Origin: Chara braunii
Taxonomy: Eukaryota; Plantae; Charophyceae
Assembly: GCA_003427395.1 (NCBI GenBank)
Contig: BFEA01000004.1
Coordinates: 2,229,738-2,293,737 of the forward strand
DNA: 64,000 nt
Direction: 5' to 3'
The position numbers were made by a program, and so were the translations under genes. Below are positions 59,621-64,000 of this stretch, piece by piece. Position 1 is the first letter of the stretch. The number at the start of each line of letters is the position of its first letter. The notes below the pieces were generated by a model. It saw only the letters and a program-made list of their open reading frames with translations, searched no databases and was not told the DNA's origin.

Positions 59621-60903
59621 CAGATCCTAATGCATGTAGGCAGAGGGCTTGGCCTGTTTCATATGCAGAAAAGGGGAGTTGGCCGGGTTGAAAGTGGAGA
59701 GGCCGAGAGCGCATTTTGCAGGCTCAGCCATAATAAGGCGTGATCCAACAGACCACGGGTAATTGGAACTTTCAATTTTTTAGGCCTGTTGGACCGGCTG
59801 GTAAGAGGACACTTGAGCTCGGAGGTTACGAGGAGGATTCGATGGCAAAGAGGTCGAAGACGGGAAGGTGAAGACGAAGGAGAGGAGAGAGATATGACAT
59901 GGCAAATAACTCATATCTCGCCCGTTTCTGAGCGGAATCGGGTGAGTGAGGGACGGGTCTTGGGGGGTTGGGGCTGGCGACCCGAACTCTGTAGTCAAAT
60001 TTGTACGAAAGTTAGTAAAATAGGAGTTAGAATAGAAACAGAGTGGGTGAAGGACACGGAAGATTGGATATGGCAGGGAAGAGAAACTTCTATCTCGTCC
60101 GTTTCTTGACGGAAACGGGCGAGTTAAGATGCATTTTGGGGGTTTTCGCAGGCAACAGGACGATTGGTGGACTCAAGTCCTTGATTCATGGGGCGGTCTG
60201 GCCGCTACTAAGTGTAAAGTCTGCGCAAAAAAAAAGGGGGGTAAAAGTGTCTTTCCCTGTTTTACTAGAGGATTCATTCGACATTTTGTGTAATCGATGA
60301 ATAGCGGGATGGTGACATGCAAGGTTGTGCTCACAGCCTCCATCTGCCGCGATCCTGGTCTAGTTTGCGACTGTGTTCATTGTTGTTCCGGATCATGGTC
60401 TTCATCGTTACCGACCATGATCACCCTTCCCTCGTGGCTATGCTCGCCAGCAAGTCGGGGCCAATGCTACTCGTGTTGTTGGTCTTCCTCGCTTCCATTT
60501 CAGAGTTGTTGCTCGTCTTGTCTACAATCATCGTTCCGCCATTACTTTCCCGTCGGCTTCAGGTGAACCTTCCCTCATCGATGGCCAGGGGGATTCCGGT
60601 ACTCGGATATGCTGCCTGGAGAGAAAGGGGAGCGGGGTCATTATTGCTCCTTGTGCTCGTGTTCGTGCTCCCTCTCGTGCAAATGGGGAGCTTCTTCGTC
60701 GTAATCGTGACACCTCTCATGTTCGTTATATTGTATCTCACCCTGGTGGTCTTCGGGGTGTTGCGCCTCGTTTCATCGGTGCTCATTCCAGTGAGTCAGT
60801 TCCTCCCTTGCCTTTGATCGAACCTAGCTGAACAAAAGGCCATGTACGTTCATATTACAACATTAAAGTAAGAAGCAGGGTAGGAGCCCACGTGTGTGTG
60901 TAT

Positions 60904-61001
<98 letters not shown>

Positions 61002-63289
61002 TTACCTCGAGAGTTGTCGATGCAGATTGAACAAAGAATCGAGCATGCGGGAAAGAGGAGGCAGCAAGCAGTGAAGGGGGTTGTGCAGTAGAAGGTGCAT
61101 CTACCCGCGTTCTAGAAGAAGATTCATCTGCTAAAGCAGCAATCCATCCCCCATGTTCTAGCGGACGAACCACTTGATATTCTGATGGCGTATCCTACCG
61201 TGTTCTAGTGAACGAGCAGCTTCTTCATCCTCGCAGGTTCGACACCAGTTTGGCGGTGCTCGCTTTGTGAGGATGATACTTATCGATGGGAGCTTGTTCG
61301 TAGTAACATTACTTGTTGCTCTTCGCTGTATTTGGAGGATTCTTCCTCCGACTTTGAGTTCCTTCTTAACTGAACCAGGTTGTATGAGCGACCAGGTGCG
61401 TGCTTGGATTGGTTGCCATTACAGAGAGAGTTGGGGAGTAAGGGAGATTGTGGGATAAGTCATACTTACCCAATCAGAGCACTCATCCTTGCGGAGGCAC
61501 AAAATCTACTACAAGGTCTGAAAGCGGATCATTATGTATTAGGCCAACACAAAATGGTACATGGTCGTTCTTCGTTGGTGGAGTTATTACTGCCTCACGT
61601 CGGAGTTGCCGATTTCCTCCAGGTTAGAGTCCTTGCCACTAATCTCAGGCAGGAGGGGTTGCTAGGTTCCAAGAGAGTGCAATTGATGTTATGACAGTTA
61701 ATAGCGGTGTCGGACCAAATGCCCTTACAAGGGTATTTGACCGTGATTTTGCAATCGACAAGTCGGTTACGCTGACCACCTCGAGGAAATTAGTCTGAGC
61801 TTAGAATGTCGTATGAGCACGCGCATCATCATGGCGCACTGTAATAATTAGGATTGACACTGATACCCTTCGACCGGGAAAAGGCCGAGGGGTTGAGTTG
61901 GTTACTGTCATGATACGCAGAGTGTCGGCCTTGCTTGATCGCAGATACTCAACGCATCTACCTTTACTTAGTATAGTGCCATTCTACCCGCCACTTGATG
62001 TTCTCCCCACGGCGACCCTCGATGACGCAACCATGGGTAAAGTATCGGCCCTTCGGACCTTCCGCTCGGTCGAGCGCCCTTGCGGGTCATGCACGTACTC
62101 AAAACGGCAAAATACTTAGTCAGACACACAGACAAGCTACTACGCACACACGAAGACTTAGCAGGAAACGAGTTTGGGCCACCAGGTGGACAAGGCCCCT
62201 GTACTACTTATGTACTGAGTTGCTCCCCTTCTACTCAAAGTGGGAGCTAGCTTAGTAAGTTTCGGTGTTTTTCTTATAAACAAGGGATGTGGGGATCGAG
62301 GATGAGAGACTACTGGATCTAGCTCCCTTTTGGCCAGGAGCCCGCAATATTTTTTTTTTTTTTGACCGGGAAACAATTGGTCGGGGCTCGAACCCGCGAC
62401 CTCAGTTTCAGAGTTAGTTGAGGCCGAGTGCAGCGGGTTGACACTTGGCGAGGTAGGGGAGTTTGTAGTTAGAATTTTGTTAGATTTTGTTATTTCAGTT
62501 TCTTTTGTTTCTCTTATTAAGTTTTATTTTCCCTTCTTTTTACCATTCTCATCTTTATCATTAATTTTATTTGTTTTCTTAACGGCCTACCTACCCAAGG
62601 TGCCTAAATGAATCTCGCCTCAATACTGGGGCAGATTCATCTAGTAGAATGCCACCCCGATCGCGGCCGGTAGGACTTCGCCGCAGGCGAGGCAATGCGA
62701 GTAAGGGGCGCGGCGATGCTCCGACAAGAAAACAGAAAGGGGCACGGGGAGAGTTGTGCAAAGATAGGAAGCATTCTCGACCAAAGACAAAAGGACTGAC
62801 GAGAAAAGGAAAGACGCAGGAGGAAGAAGGAGAAGCAAAAAAGAAGGAAAAGAAGAAGGAGGAGGAAGAAGAAGAAGGAGGAAGAAGAAGAAGGAGAAGG
62901 AGGAGGGAGAAGAAGGAGTGGGAAGGAGGGAAGACTTACCTTCCTTGCGATCGGCAGCAGCGACGCTCAGGCGTGAGTCTTGGGACCTCGTACTTGAGTC
63001 GCGAAGGGTATATTACGATCCTCTACGACTACTACGACGACCACAAGGAAGTGATAGAGAGAACAAGTAGGTTTCCTATCCCACTACTAGCCTCGCCCGA
63101 CTCCATTGAAAGAGATAAGCTTAAACGATCGAGTCTTCGGCTACAACGTCGCAATATTCACTACTGCACATGCGTGTGTGTGTATGAGTGTATGTGAGTG
63201 TAAGCATGTGCGTGAGAGTGTGTGTGAGTGTAAGCATGTGCGTGAGAGTGTGTGTGTGAGTCAGTGAGTGAGTGAGAGAGAGAGAGATT

Positions 63290-63321
<32 letters not shown>

Positions 63322-63393
63322 ATCGACTCATTGAGCTTAAACGATCGAATCTCCCTCTAGAACGTCGAAAAGTTCACTACTACCCATGTGTGT

Positions 63394-63434
<41 letters not shown>

Positions 63435-63553
63435 TGTAAGAAAAATAGAGAGAGGGTACTTCGGTTAAGTCGCCCCGAGGCCGCGGTTGGCCTCGCGCAA
63501 CCTCCATCGAAAAGATGAGCACGAATCTTTTACTACAACTACTACACATGAGC

Positions 63554-63586
<33 letters not shown>

Positions 63587-64000
63587 GCGGATGCATAGTA
63601 GTTCATGGGCACACGTGGCATCTGTGTGGGGGATCGAGGTTGTGAGAGGTGCGAGAGACATACCCGGTGCGCGAAGCTTGCGGCATTGGCCGCTATCTGC
63701 TCATACTTCAGGAGAGCAGTTGTCATCATCATCATCAAAGTATAGGTCAGACAGGATCTGTCACCCGTAGTCTGGGCAACGAAGCACCAAATAGGATAAC
63801 GACATTGGTTCTGTATTGACGATGATGAGACTATACCAGCATTGTCAATTGTGAGCTTTGGCTGTGTTCCTATTTGAGGGAGAGCAGGTTAACCGAGCAC
63901 TCATTTTTCAGGCCCATTTATAAGAAAACCAGACAGTCATTTTAACAACACTTCACACCAATCTATAGAGTGCACTTCTTACGACCCCATCACAGAAAAA

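Noticed and set aside
75-63770. Most ORFs in the supplied track ([23 protein letters not shown] types)
   Set aside because: They are translations of microsatellites or chance frames in introns and repeats, with no recognisable domains.

Overview
Eukaryotic, repeat-rich nuclear DNA from a green plant. It is most likely a charophyte alga such as Chara; this is inferred from the plant-type protein, very large repeat-filled introns and (GA)n/(TG)n tracts. The window is dominated by the 5' part of a minus-strand ferredoxin-dependent glutamate synthase (Fd-GOGAT/GLU) gene. I traced 15 coding exons (52299 to 1773; 2721 nt, 907 aa), all joined by GT-AG introns with consistent phases, including a 24.4 kb first intron; the gene continues beyond the left edge. 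Almost all ORFs in the supplied track are spurious. The introns and upstream region hold a tRNA-Ser(GCT) gene with partial duplicates, four U6 and one U2 snRNA retrocopies, a 28S rRNA fragment, a tRNA-derived SINE family, a 122-bp Harbinger-type MITE family, a TTAA-flanked TIR family, and L1- and LTR-like remnants. The most notable signal is a dispersed repeat (3 copies, all sense to the pre-mRNA) that folds as a type III hammerhead ribozyme, suggesting a retrozyme- or Penelope-like self-cleaving element family. A second highlight is a stack of Pol III RNA retrocopies (U6-U6-SINE), each separated by the same (TC)CTGCAGG motif.
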